From Camelus ferus (lineage: Eukaryota), in assembly GCF_009834535.1 (NCBI RefSeq), contig NC_045706.1, positions 38,874,001-38,938,000 of the forward strand: a stretch of 64,000 nucleotides of DNA, in the 5' to 3' direction. A program made the position numbers and the translations under genes. Numbering within the stretch: position 1 is the first letter of the stretch; every line of letters begins with the position of its first letter. The notes below the pieces were generated by a model, which was given only the letters and a program-made list of their open reading frames with translations, was not told the origin of the DNA and ran no database searches. This document shows positions 1 through 13,148 of the stretch, one piece after another.

Positions 1-294
1 GTGAATTCTGAAATTACACACAAGTTAAAAAAGAAACCTAGAATTACATTCTTTTTGGAAAATTATGGCCTACATATGTTGTTATATGTAAATAATAGAA
101 TCAGAATGGAAACATATTAAAATCAAAGAGATAGCTGTAAATTAAATCAATCTGTTATTTTGAAGGACATTTATAGTGGATTCGTATCTTTATAAATGGA
201 TATTTATCATAATACATTTTGTAATATAACCTACTTTTAAAATATTTGTGAATATTTTTAATTTCACACATCAAAGTATATGGTTTTTTTGTAG

Positions 295-580
295 TATATG
301 TGTATCTGTGGTATAACTGACATATAACATATTATTAGTTTCAGGGGTACAACATGACGACTCAATATTTGTATATACTGTGAAATGATCAGCACAATAA
401 GTCTACTTAATATCTGTCACCATACAGTTAGAAAAATTGTGTGTATATGGTGAGGTCTTTTATGATCTACTCTGTTAGCAACTTTCAAATATGAAATACA
501 GTATTATTAACTAGAGTCACCATGCTTATATTATAGTTCCATGATTTATTTATTTTATAACTAGAAGTTTGTATCTTTAA
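295..580 (-). mobile_element. L1 (L1MA-like) 3' end fragment
   Basis: TAACTGACATATAACATATTATTAGTTTCAGGGGTACAACATGA...CAACTTTCAAATATGAAATACAGTATTATTAACTAGAGTCACCATGCT is a typical antisense L1 3'UTR. Confidence 0.75.
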
Positions 581-1799
581 GCAACTGTATTTTTCATTCC
601 ACATATAAGCAAAATGTGACCTTTTAATGAATCTAGTCCACTTTGTCTACCAATATTTCCAGATAGAAATTTATTATTTAGTTCCACCCATTTACTCTTT
701 CTTGATACTTTCTCCTCTGCTCCAAGAAAATACTCTTATCTCAAATGATTTGCTAAGGGTCTTTTCACTCTCTGACCTATTTTACTGATGGATACGGTTT
801 GAATCACAATAGCTAATGTAAATTACTTTGATTTAATGAAATGTAACATTTGATTATCTAAAATTTAAGTAATATAAAAAAACTATTGCAAGAATAAGAA
901 AATATTTGAAAAAAAACCTCTACTAAAAGTATAAGTTTGTAGAGAAAGTTAACTGGTGTTCTATGCTACATCACTTTAAACTACATGCACAATTTTCACT
1001 TAACATTTGGTACATATATTAATAAAGGCAAAAATCTCGAAAAGGCTTTTTGAAAAAAATATTTCTTTTGGAAAGAGAATAAATATTAGTTTTTAATAAT
1101 GTACTTACCACTTAATTAAATGGCATTCAAAGAAAAGATCAAAGTACTATTTTGTTTTTCCCCTCAGCATTTACACACACTCACAAATACCTTTAAAATG
1201 AGATGCATATAGATTGCCTGTGCTTGGGTACTCAAATGCTACAAATTATGGCTTGTAAGGTTTTTATCTGAAATATTTTCAGAAACTTCAAATAATAATA
1301 TTATTGTTATCTAATAGCATATTATTTACCAATTGTATTATCAATTTAAATTAAAGTGAAAATAAAATGAATTACAGAATTAGAAGAAAACACATTTAAC
1401 GGGAGATATATGATTGGTGTGTCTATACCCTCTGGATGAACAGTGATAAACTGCACCCTTTTGGTTTGCAAACAGTTAAGGATAAATAATGTATGTCCTA
1501 TTACTCTAACAAATAAAAAAATCAAAAGACATAAAACTAAGAATTTTTATAATGACTGCAGAGTGAAAACTTCACGTATGTTATATACAGTTGTACAATA
1601 GAGGAAAATAGACAATAAATAATTGATATAAAATTAATCAAATGTACAGATGCTTAATGTTTTATTTTCTGTAATTTTAAACAGCATCTAATTTCAAAAT
1701 AAAAACTTTACATTAAAATTTTTTGCATGTAGCTAGGAAATAAGAAGTGCTAGAAAGATGTTCAGTTTCTAGATGGTGGAGACAGATTCAAATAAACGT

Positions 1800-1940
1800 G
1801 TTTATTTCCTCTTTTCTTCCTTTTCTCCTCCTCTTTCCCTCCTTGGTTCAACCTTCCTTTCCTCCCCATCTCTCTTACTACTTTCTTTCTCCTCCCCCTC
1901 CTTCTCTCTCTCTTTGTCTCTATTTCTCTTTCTCTCATTC
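1800..1940. repeat. CT-rich polypyrimidine low-complexity tract
   Basis: Almost purely C/T for about 140 bp; source of the spurious ORFs 1747, 1773 and 1802. Confidence 0.85.
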
Positions 1941-3544
1941 ATGACATACTCTTTAACTGTAAAGAGAAGATTTTTATATTCCATTTGCTTCTCCCTTGGT
2001 AAATCAGAAGTAGTAATTAACAGCTTTCTGAGATATTATTCCCATCTGGGAAAAAATACCCTTTCTTCCCCAACTCTATCTGTGCCATTTTTTGTTCCAT
2101 TTAACCTTGTCCTTTAATCATGTTTAAAACTAAAGATAATATTTTGACCAAAAAAAAAAAATTTGTCTTACAGATAATTATGGGCTTTTCCACTCCTACT
2201 CTTCAAATATTACCAAAAATGCTCCCTAGTGTCCCCTCCCAAACAAAAATTCCTTGTTAAATTTTAGGAAAAGAATAACAAAATACTTCCTTTGAGATGA
2301 GGTATTAATTTAAGGTGAAGCCTTAGTATTTAACAGGTTGAAATTATGTTAGAATGTAAGAAGAATGTTTATGAACTGACCCAGAAAACAGTGATTCACA
2401 AATGAGCCCAATAAATGAGGTATATAAATCAAATAAAGATTAAAGTACATTGACAAAAGTATTAACATTTTTCAGACATGGTGAACTATATCATACAGAG
2501 TACACTCATTGCTCAGCAGATATATATCACCATATTAACTCATTTAAATTATGGAGAACATTTCATTTTACAACCCAGGGAGGAGTTGACCTTCTTGGCA
2601 GGATCAATCCCATGACTCCATAGTAGCTGGTTAAGATTAGCATTAAAATTTAACCTTTTAGATCTACTATTAAAAGTAAATCACAGTCCTTAAATTTGGT
2701 AACATATAAAGTTTCACTATGGGAAATCATTTTCAGCATTTTATTGGAAAATTCATTTCAGAAAACTGACTGAAGGGCAGAGAAATCAGATCCCCTTTTA
2801 AGATTACGCTTTAGTCTTTATTTGCCTGAAATCTTCAAAAGCCGCATCGTATACACAAAACATGAACTAATCTTTATAAAGCAGCCTATCTATTAGACAT
2901 ATACAATGGGCTCTCAGCAAGAATTCTGGAAAAGAAGCTCAAGTACAGTTAATGACAGAATTTTAAGTTAAATACTGATCAAGATACTAATGAAGAATAA
3001 AACTTAGGGAAATGTGTCTGTTATTATCACAACAGTACAAGCTTTATTCACCCCTGGTGGGAATGCAGGGTTCATTTCAGTTTCTGACCTTAATTCTCTC
3101 ACTAAAAATGACAGATACAAATATAAACTATGGTGGGTAAAAATAGCCCATATTGCTTAAACATATCTCAGTGTATTATAGTTCATATTAATTTAAGTGA
3201 CTGATAAAATTAATGACATTTGAAAGTATTAAAATGGAGCAGTCTCAAGTGTACCTCTTAATTGATTGAAAATAAATGTAAATAAATTGAAAAATACTAA
3301 AAACAAGTATTCAACATTTTTCATGTGAAAAAATGATTTATCTGTACTAAATGAAAGTCTTAAAGTCCTCGTTATAGACATGGTATAACACATCAACAGG
3401 TACATACTATAAGATATAACAGCAATTCTCAGATCAGGTGACAGAGGCTATAATGTATTAGCTATCAAGTAAAATCATTTTATGAATAATTTCTGATAAG
3501 AGGAGAACTTATTAAGCAATAGAAAACTCAACCCCCTCTGTAAT

Positions 3545-3880
3545 AGTTAGGAATCTATGTTGAAAGACACAGAAAGAAACAATTCAAATTGGTTTGCACA
3601 AAGTTACGGCTTCATACAACTAAAGGTTCCAGATACAACTTATCAGATATTTATTTATCCAGTATTTCAAGCTGTGAATAGGGCAAAGTAACTCTTCTTT
3701 TCTCAAATCTGCTTCTTTAGTTTTAACATCCAAAAGGACTTAGAACATTCCTTGAGCTATTTTTACATTCTATTCTAGATTTAAGTCCCAAGAATTGAGA
3801 CCAATTGGCTCTGACTGACCCAAAAGGCATCATGTTCTCATTCTTGAATTAAGGCCAAGGGATGATAGGCACATACTGTA
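3545..3880 (-). mobile_element. MaLR MLT1-type LTR fragment (old)
   Basis: GTTAGGAATCT...ACAGAAAGAAACAATTCAAATTGGTTTGCACAAA resembles the antisense 3' end of MLT1J-L; degenerate. Confidence 0.4.
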
Positions 3881-5957
3881 TTATACTTATTGGTTAAACT
3901 ACTCAGAACCCACATAGAACACCAGGAACGTACCAAATTACAAGCTGGCAAGGCTGAGTTCACTTTGAGCAGAGTGGGAGAGAAGAGGGACAGAAGAGGG
4001 TTGCCGGAGAGGCTGTAGTTACCTACTAAAACCTGCCAACCCACAGGTGTTTAGAACAATGAGAAAATTATTTCAATAACCAAAAATTTTTAGTTACTGG
4101 AATTTCACATGATTTAAAGACAATTTTGCACAAAATAAATGGCCCACGAAAACAAAATTTCTGAACGCTCTGGAAAGTTAACATACTATTAACCTTACCT
4201 CTGATTTTTAAATTGTTTGCTTTTTGACAACAGCAAACTCAAGATAAACAGTAGGTGAAAATTTAATCTTTTAAATTTCAAGATATAGATACAGAGAGTT
4301 GCTCCCAAAGAAACACATTGCTCCTTATTTTATAGTTACAGTCTATTTGGACAGAAAACATGCCACAGGGAAATGACTCAATTAAATGCACATAACAAAG
4401 CTATAATTTGACATGATATCACAACTGGAGGGAAAAAATTATATAGTCTGTTAACCAGCTTACATAACCACCCAAGACTGAAAAGACAGTGTAAAACTTA
4501 AAAACGAGAAGGTCATGACACTTCACTTAAATGGGGAACACTTGATGGTAGAAAAATATCTTTTAAAAAATGTTAACTATCACTAATAGTTGCTCAGGAA
4601 AAAAAAAAATACAAGCAGTGGATGCAATGTTATTAACGCTTCACACAGCAGGAAAGAAAAGCCAAGTGCTCTCCGTTATAATTTGAAGCTGCTGAATATT
4701 AAAATAAGAAAATCAAATGCAATGCATGTTTGGATAGTAACTGAGGCTCTTCAGAATCATAATTTTACATTTGCGGACAGTTTATCTCTTCATCTTTCTG
4801 AAGTAGATAAATTGAGTATCACAGTTAATAGCAGGATAGTGCTTTTGAACAAAGCCAAGTGTCTGTCTATTCAGCAAAGATATGCGTGCCGTTTTGCCTT
4901 CTATAAGATCCAACCGTATCTTTTTTAAGTGGAAAAATTCAGAAGAAACACATGTCAAATTTACTAGTGAGTTTTCTCTCGCAGTTACCTTATATGGGGG
5001 AGAGTACAGCAAACCTAGAAGACGTGAGTTTTGATTTTACTGCAAATTTACATTTATATACATAAGAATGGTAGCATTTTCCTTCAAGTAGCAAACACAT
5101 ACAATTGACTATTGTCCTCAAAAATTTTAAGCACTAAGTATTCTCACAATTCAAAAGATATGAGTGTGGAGAATTGAGAGCTGGATATTCTGTTAAATGA
5201 CTTTAAACAATAAACTTGTTTCTTGTCCATATTACTGTTATGACTAATAAATGTTAGTGATCTAAAAATACAAAACGATGTGAATAATAGTCATTAGTGC
5301 TTTCTACTTCGGTAAGTTAGGTAGCAGTTAATAAGCAGCCAAAATATACTGTTAGGCATTCAACAAGAATGTTTTAAAATTTTTGTTTGTTTGTTTTAAA
5401 TTTATTCTGGGAGAGCCATTAGGGTCTGAAGCTGCATCTCATAATCAAATACATTAGTATTTCTACAGTGAAACATGAAAATCTCCAGTCAGTGGGTACA
5501 TAGAGTCAACACGAGCTTCACAAAAAGTCAGGATTGGTTTTGTCACCTGATGAGTTTTAACAAATAAATTGTTTAGAATTTTTTTTTTATTTTAAAATCA
5601 TAAATAAGGGACTATACCTATAATTCTGCAGTTCATGCTTAGTTGGTGATAACTGATAAAGGTAAGAAGTGAGAATTGCAATGGTAGGTTGGAGAATACA
5701 GCAGAGGTTAGGGATCATAAAGCTCAGACCTGTTAGAGCTAAGGCTTGAAAATGCATGAGATTAACACTCGGGTCCACTTCCCTGCTTGATGACACCGGT
5801 CACATACATAGGACCACCTGAAAGCCGAAAGATCTTTAGGGACTACTGGAAACAATTCCAATCAGCAATGAAGGCAGCACTTAAATGGGAAAAAAATAAT
5901 CACAATACTTTAACTTAAACTAAAAAGCTATGTCATAAAAAGTACAGAGCCCTCATG

Positions 5958-5961
<4 letters not shown>

Positions 5962-6009
<48 letters not shown>
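5962..6009. repeat. (TG)n microsatellite, about 24 units
   Basis: Direct reading. Confidence 0.97.
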
Positions 6010-6010
<1 letters not shown>

Positions 6011-9000
6011 TATGTGTGTATTATTCCATATGCATACATATATACATGTACACAAAACCTATGTAAGTCCCATGAATTGTTCCGGGTTAGAGTTATACAC
6101 TTTTCTCCCACCACCATGATTTTTTTTAAATTTCAATGGATATATTTAACCTCATGCTGAGAGAAGCACATAGTGTTAGTGAAAATACAAGTTATTTTTA
6201 AAAATACAAAATAGGATTAAAATCCAAAACAATAAATTGTGTTTTTTTAATATTTTCCTTTGAAAGGATAATAATTATCTTTCAGTAAGTCTAACTGATC
6301 TACTTTATCTGATTGCCCACATATATGGCTCATGTATCTGAAATGTTTCTATCAATAAAAACAAAATTACTCCAGATATACAGACTGAGACTGAAGACCT
6401 AAACACAGAGACTAGCCTAACACCGTCCAAATTGTATCCTGCGTGTTAGTGTCCCATCAGATTGGAGGCAGAACGCTGAAATCCAGTCTGCTCTTTCTTT
6501 CATCAGCTGTACATGTAGGCAGGGGCCTCAACAGTAGGGTGTAAGAGTTTGCCTCTACATTGTTCTCTGCACAGTGACTACATTTTTGCCATCATTACTG
6601 GCATGAGGGAGACTAAACTTTCTTCTCAGGGAAGGGCCTTTTATGGATTCTCTAAGGTACCTCTGTGCCAGTGCCCAGTGGTCGCCTTGTGCTAAACCAC
6701 CCTTTACTTGATTACCATCTTAATAGGTTTAACTATATAAAGAACCACTCCTTTCTCATTAATCTTCCACATGACTGGTTTCTGTAGTGAAAACTGCAAG
6801 GGCGTTGCTTCTTGAGGTTCAAGAACATAAACATCTCTGGTTCTGCCACTTTATAGCCTAAGTGTTGCCTCAGGCAAGATGTGCCCGCATTGAAGATAAG
6901 GAGTCAGTTTCTGCTCCAACAAGCCATTTAAAGAACTGCTGTGACTATGGACTTAAGCCAGAAATTGTCACATCCTCATGGAAACACATTTAAACATTTA
7001 CAAACTGAGTTAAGCTCAGAAAATGACTGAATCTATAACTCAATTTGTATACACAGAGTGAGAAATTACAATGTAAAAGCTCATTATATGGGTCATTACT
7101 ATGTAAATTTTCCTTTAATACATCCTAATTTCTGACTTGAGTTTGAAATACATTACTTCTATATACATTCAGAAAAAATTGAGACCAGTAGGAGTTAAAC
7201 TGAAGTGTTGATATGAAAAAAAATTATAGCATTTAAGTACATAAAAAGATATAAATTTCATTTTCCAGGGTGTTAGAAGTCACTTTAAAATTAAAATAGC
7301 ATGCCTATGAGAAATAAAAAACCTTCTGGTTTTTCTTTGAGTTAGTAAGAGTTACTTTTAATAACTATGAAAACTATTCAAACTTCAGTGTTTCAAGTTA
7401 TCCAGAAATCCTCTGGGGTGAGACAGATATTGACAGATAAATGGATATATATATAGGTAGATACATACAGGTATTTTTCATATCAGAGTGAAAGCAAGTA
7501 TAGTATTAATCAAGAGAAATCAACTTTAAAAACACGCATTTGTGAAGTTCCATGTGCATTTCTATGTACATGTAAGGGTCTACATTTATATAAATGTGTA
7601 TGTATGCACATGAATAGAGCATCATGAGGAAAATAAAGAACAAAATGTATAAGGAGACTAATGGTACTTTGGAGATAAGTTTTAAAAAGAACTAATAAAA
7701 ACAGGCTCACACCAAAAGGAGTTGACTTTTAATTCAAAAGAATTAAAATACTGTGTACCTTTTTTTTTTTTTTTTTTTGCAAAATTTGGATTGAAGATGC
7801 TTAAAATGCTTACTATTTTGTTCAAAGTACAGCAGGTAGTATTAACGTTATCAGTTAGGGAGGGGAGCAGCAATCACAAAGAGAAAGTCCAGAATACACA
7901 CTACTTCCCCCTTCCAGAAAGTAAGCAGCACTCGGGAATCCCTCAGAAATTGCTGTATACCACTAAGAGGAAGGTACTCAGTGGATAATTAGAGTCATAA
8001 AATGAAATACAGAAAGGAGGGATTTTTCATCCCATATAAGCACAGAAGTTGAAGCATGTACATTAAGAACTTCTAAGACATCACTGACACCTTCCTACTT
8101 CCTGTGAATTCTCCTCCTGTAAATACAAATAAATCAGGCTGGGCTATTGGTAATAGCGCTTTTCCTCCCCTTGGACCCAACAGTAGCACTGAAGAAGTGG
8201 TTCTCAGATCGGACAATGAAGGACTTCACTTCCTAGACATGCTTAGGAGTTGAACGGAGCCTGCAGTGACAGTGACAGCCTGCTGCGGTAACACTTCCAT
8301 TCTTATTTCTCACAGCCACCAAAGGGGGGTAAGACTTCTCCAGGTAGTCCAGAGTGGAGAGAAGGAATGTCAACATACAGAAGTCAACAGATACAGAAGT
8401 ATAGATACTGTATTATTTCAGAGGGTTTTAGGAAGCTTACAGTGACACAAACCAGTCTGTAAATGATAAATAGAATAATAAGTCAGACATTACAAAATGC
8501 ATGCCTAGATGTTAACAATGGTTATTTCAGTGGAGCATGTCTATAGGTATTATAGCCGCTACTTACATTTTATTTATGTTTTTCTGTCTTTCAGAATGTA
8601 ATTTTTATTACTTTTCATGTTCTACATTTAACTCTTTTGAGTTATTAAGAAACGTGCTAATCTGACAGAAAAATTAGGAAGAAGATGGAGAAGGATGAAG
8701 AAAATTAAATGAACACTGAAGTTCTTACATGCCATTCGAAGAAAGTGACCACAGATTAGGCTCTGAGCTTTTGAGCGACCAGTGGGGAAAATATGTCATA
8801 ATTTTAGTTAAATATGTTCAAGAAAATCATTAATCAGAAAAACAAAACCAATTTAGGACTCATGAGGCAAAGAAAAATAATTCTCAAAGAGGTCCTTGAA
8901 GGTTGTGTTGTAATGAACATTTTTAACAACCTCCCTTTGGAATAAACAGTGACACAATTATTGGCACTTTTTCCTTAAAGAATTTCTCCACAGGTAGCCA

Positions 9001-9737
9001 TTCCACAGATGGTGGCAATTCCCACGAGTTCCCCAAGGGCATGGGTCGATGCCACAGTGCACCTAGTATGTCTACAGAAATGAAGAGGCAAAATTCCTTA
9101 AATACTGTTTTGTAAAACTGAGTTTTGATATGTGCTTGTTAACAAAGATCAGATATTACTGATTCTTCACAAGGATCTAAATATAAGTATTTTTAACTAA
9201 GCTCCCATCCAAATGATTCAGCAATTAACCAAGACAAAGTTAGGACTGACTCACCAAAAGGTGTCCAGAGATGACTCCTGCATAGATATCAAAAACATAC
9301 AAATCCAGAAAATCCATGAAAAGAGTAAATAAAACAAAGGGTCTATTTCATGAATATAAAAATAGATGATCAGGGATCCACATTTTAATCCACACAGCCA
9401 AATAATCTGTATCTTGGATATATATTTAAGAACAATTATACTTTAGATCAGTTTTGAGTATTTAATTGCCCAATAAAGTATCCAATGAATATCTAACTTT
9501 AAGAATTTCCATGCCTCCTGAAATTTTTGAAATAAATTAAGAAAATCATACCTCTAGGAAAATTAATGACATTCACTGCTGCATAGATAATATATCTATT
9601 ATTAAGTAAGCTAGTTAAACATTGGAAGATATTGTATCTACTAACTGATGACTGTGATCTTTGGAATACCTGAAGCCACCATGTCCAGTTTTCCATTAAA
9701 GCTGCTTTCTATTTGGTTAACCTATATACAAAATCAC

Positions 9738-9739
<2 letters not shown>

Positions 9740-9766
<27 letters not shown>
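9740..9766. repeat. (ATTT)n microsatellite
   Basis: Direct reading. Confidence 0.9.
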
Positions 9767-9769
<3 letters not shown>

Positions 9770-9964
9770 TACTTACCATTTTGACCCCTGCAAGTGGCAA
9801 TTTTATGTGGCTCAACTTAATAGTTCATGATAATAAAATTATTTCCTATGCTCCTGGGAGAATACCTGTCTTTATTCTTTATATCAGGAGTTAGAATAGG
9901 ACATGAAATACACCTATGTACACACTTAAGAGTGATTCTCTTACTACAGACGTAGAGTGCATTT

Positions 9965-10432
9965 TGTTTATTGCCACTTTGGCAGCTCTCCTCTTTTCAA
10001 GAGTTCCCATCTCTGTGATCTGGTCATGCTGATAGTTGCCTTATTCCAGAGGTGGACTTTATAACCTCAGCCAAGTCAGTAAGCACTAGCCACCATGATT
10101 GGCTGGCTCAGAGGTGGGCCTGTGACAAAGATGGGCTAAATAGAGGAGGATGAGTGACTTTTGGGGGAATTCTATGGATATGAATTTGGAGGCACGTAGG
10201 ACACCGAGAAAAGACAGGTTAGACTGAGATCCTGAGGGAAGCCTGTCTTCAAATGAAGTTATCACCAATGAAATCAAAGCTAACAGTTGTAAAATCACTA
10301 AGTCCTTGGATCAATCCTTTCCTGAAGCCTAAGGAGGAATTCTAGACTTTCAGATTCATAATAAACTTTTTTTGTTTATGCTGATTTGAGTTATAGTTTC
10401 TGTTACCTTCACTATAAAGGATCTTAACACAG
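9965..10432 (+). mobile_element. MaLR MLT1-type solo LTR
   Basis: CCATGATTGGCTGGCTCAGAGGTGGGCCTGTGAC...CTTGGATCAATCCTTTCCTGAAGCC...AATAAACTTTTTTTGTTTATGCTGATTTGAGTT...TTCTGTTAC matches the MLT1 layout. Confidence 0.65.
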
Positions 10433-11284
10433 GTGTGACAGTGCTCATGACTATAGACAGGTGTGTGTATTGAAAATCATTAAACCATTACACATAAATA
10501 TACAAAGTTGGTAAGTTTATTATACCCTATCACTTCAAAAGCATTTATATTTAAAATCATATATAAAATGTATATACAAATGTCTTATTGTCTTTTCTTC
10601 TAGAGTGGACACTCAATCATCTTTAAAAACTTTTTATACAACTAGTGATGCGCACTAGGCTTGGACTTCTTATCTGTTATGGGAATACTAATTCTCTGGG
10701 ATTTTACTGATGTGACAGATGGAAACAAATATAAGACAGGGGTACGATGGGGAGAAGAGGAAATATCACTGACATCACACATTTCAAAGATTCACCACTC
10801 TTCAGTTACCTCCTCATTCTTACTGACACAAACATCATTCCAGCCGTTAATTATATTCCAAGACAGAAGTGCCTCTACCACCAGTTTCTCTAATCTTGAT
10901 ACATGAACCTCAATGTCCAGACAAACAGAGTAACAGCTGATTATATCTGACAGGCTTTCAGAGGGACTGGGGTTAGAGGTAAAAGCATCTGAAGTGAGAA
11001 ACAGATGTGATCATTAAAGAAGGGGCGCCTAACAGCGTGATTCAATTTGGTCTAAGTTTAAAAAAAACAAACTGAGTGACAGAAGCTATCAGAGAGGCAC
11101 TGGATATACCTCTATGATGGCATTTATAATCTCAAGGTTTTGAGGGGGAGAAAGGAAAAAAGGGAGAAAGAGAGATCAAGAGAGACAGAGAAAGAGAAAG
11201 AGAGGCATTAGAGTATTTTGCTGTTGATAAAACAATTTTTAAAAATATCATCTCATTTGGGTTTTGCAACAAACCTACACAGTG

Positions 11285-11450
11285 TGAAGGGAAATTATTA
11301 TCATCCTCATTTTAGAAATAATGAAAGGGAGGCTGATGTTCTCTGTGGCTAAATGACTTTAGTACAGCCATATAGCTAGCAAAGGGTGGACTTGTGATTA
11401 TATTTCAGATCTTCTGACTGCAAATCTTCAGAAGTTGTATATACTACTTC
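11285..11450 (-). mobile_element. MIR SINE
   Basis: ATTATCATCCTCATTTTAGAAATAATGAAAGGGAGGCT...ACAGCCATATAGCTAGC is the antisense MIR core. Confidence 0.6.
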
Positions 11451-11789
11451 CACATTATAATTCACCATTTATAAATCACAAATAAGTATTAAGTCAAAAA
11501 AGATGCTAATATCATTTCAAATGGAAAAGCTTTGCATATGTGGCCACATATTAGTCTAATTGGTTCCGGTTGTTAGCACTTGTCTCTGACATATTTTTGT
11601 TTATCTTATTTCAAAAGACTGTTTTTCCTTTCTCTCTCAATATATTTATCAGATTATATTTATTAATCTTAAAAATAAATATAAGGTATAGCTTGGCTAA
11701 AATCATCCTCTGAAAATTCTTACAAAATACTTAAAAATTTCTATAGCTGTCTGTGTGCATCTTAAAAGCTACTCTGAATCCTCTGATAC

Positions 11790-12060
11790 CTATTCACTTC
11801 CTACATGGAATGGAAGAAAGTCAGTGTTCTTTCCATTTCCCCTGCAGCAAGGAGTGGCCACCTGATCCACTTCTGGGCCACAAAATATAAGTGGAAAAAT
11901 GCAGTTGGTACTTCTGGAAAGTTTGGCTTTCCCCTAGTAAAGAGAATCACCACATTTGATGCAGCATTTCCCTTCTTCTGGCTTTATGTTTGGGCACAAT
12001 GGCTGTGAAGGCAGTAGTAATAAATCCTTAATATCTAGATAATACTTTCTTGGTCCCTGA
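11790..12060 (+). mobile_element. MaLR MLT1-type LTR fragment
   Basis: TTTCCCCTGCAGCAAGGAGTGGCCACCTGATCCACTTCTGGGCCA...ATAAGTGGAAA...GGTACTTCTGGAAAG. Confidence 0.55.
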
Positions 12061-12299
12061 AACTCTCAAAACCGTTTAAAACATGTTAAGTATGCTTTAT
12101 GTCACAACTTACCAACAGACAATATAAACAGCCTCACTAGACAACACACACATGCATCATTTTTGCCCAGAAGCAAATGGGTACCCCTTCGTCAAAGAAT
12201 CAATTTGTCTCTATCATGCTAATATTCTTCAGGGGCTTGGAATTTCAGTTGGATTAAGCACCTTGTTGATGAAGACCTACTTTTCAGTCTTATATTATA

Positions 12300-12720
12300 T
12301 GATCCTGTCAGATCTTCTGCAAAAGTGACTTCTTGTCCCCACTGCCACCACCTTTCCCTTATTCATGCCCTTCCATCTAACAACAATGCTTTCTCATCAT
12401 CCTCTCTTCCATAACGCTGCCTGTTGAAGCCTAGGTATAGTCTTTCAAGCTTATCTGAAACAGTAACTCTTGTACGAAGCCTTGCCTGATACCTGTAACC
12501 AAATAAATTTTTTTCCTTTAATCTCCCTGGAAAATAATTTACTGCTTATATGACATCAATATCATGTACTTTATTAATTTTTTTATGTGTACTAGTCCCA
12601 TTCCCTGCCCACTGCCAGATTATCACCATCACTCCCGTTAGACCACAAAGCTCATGGAGGGCAAGAAGAGTATATGATTCATTTTCCTTGGCTTCACAAC
12701 ACCTAGCACAGATCCTGACA
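12300..12720 (+). mobile_element. L2 LINE 3' fragment
   Basis: CT-rich body ending TTAGACCACAAAGCTCATGGAGGGCAAG...CACCTAGCACAG...CCTGACA. Confidence 0.55.
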
Positions 12721-12924
12721 TTGGTGTGATAGCCACGGGCACCAGGATTGATGGAGTTGATTTCTCTGTGGGAAGTGATTGCTTTCTTTACTGCAACGTA
12801 TTTGTCAAAATAATAAAGAGGATGGGTTATCTCCCTGAAGCTTAAATTTTACAGAGCCTTGTCTTTTTAAATAAAGAAGGATCTTAAGAACAGAGATTTC
12901 CAAAAGCACCTCTGCATGTTATTA

Positions 12925-13148
12925 GCAGAACTGGCAAACTACTGTATACAGGCCAAATCCAGCCCACTGGCTCTTTCGGCATAGTTGTACTGGAACACAG
13001 CCAGGCTGATTTGTTCACATAGGATCTAAGGCCACTTTTGTACAACACAGACAGAGTTGGGTAGTTACCACAGAGACCAAATATAAAGAGCCCACAAAGC
13101 CACAAAGATTTCTATCTGGCACCTTACAGAAAAAGTTTACTACATCTC
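12925..13148 (+). mobile_element. MER58A-like hAT-Charlie DNA transposon (MITE)
   Basis: GGCAAACTAC...GGCCAAATCCAGCCCAC...TGGAACACAGCCA...CAGAGTTGGGTAGTT..CACAGAGACC...TATCTGGCACCTTACAGAAAAAGTTT is collinear with the recalled MER58A consensus. Confidence 0.85.

Noticed and set aside
1747-2117. ORFs 1747+, 1773+ and 1802- (up to 114 aa)
   Set aside because: Products of the CT-rich low-complexity tract (S/L/F/P-rich on one strand, E/R/K-rich on the other).
4590-5012. ORFs 4590+ (112 aa) and 4782- (76 aa), plus a 26-nt exon-like segment near 4989-5014 (-)
   Set aside because: Non-ATG starts, no recognisable homology and no coherent exon chain.
5963-6160. ORF beginning MCVCVCV
   Set aside because: Translation of the (TG)n microsatellite.
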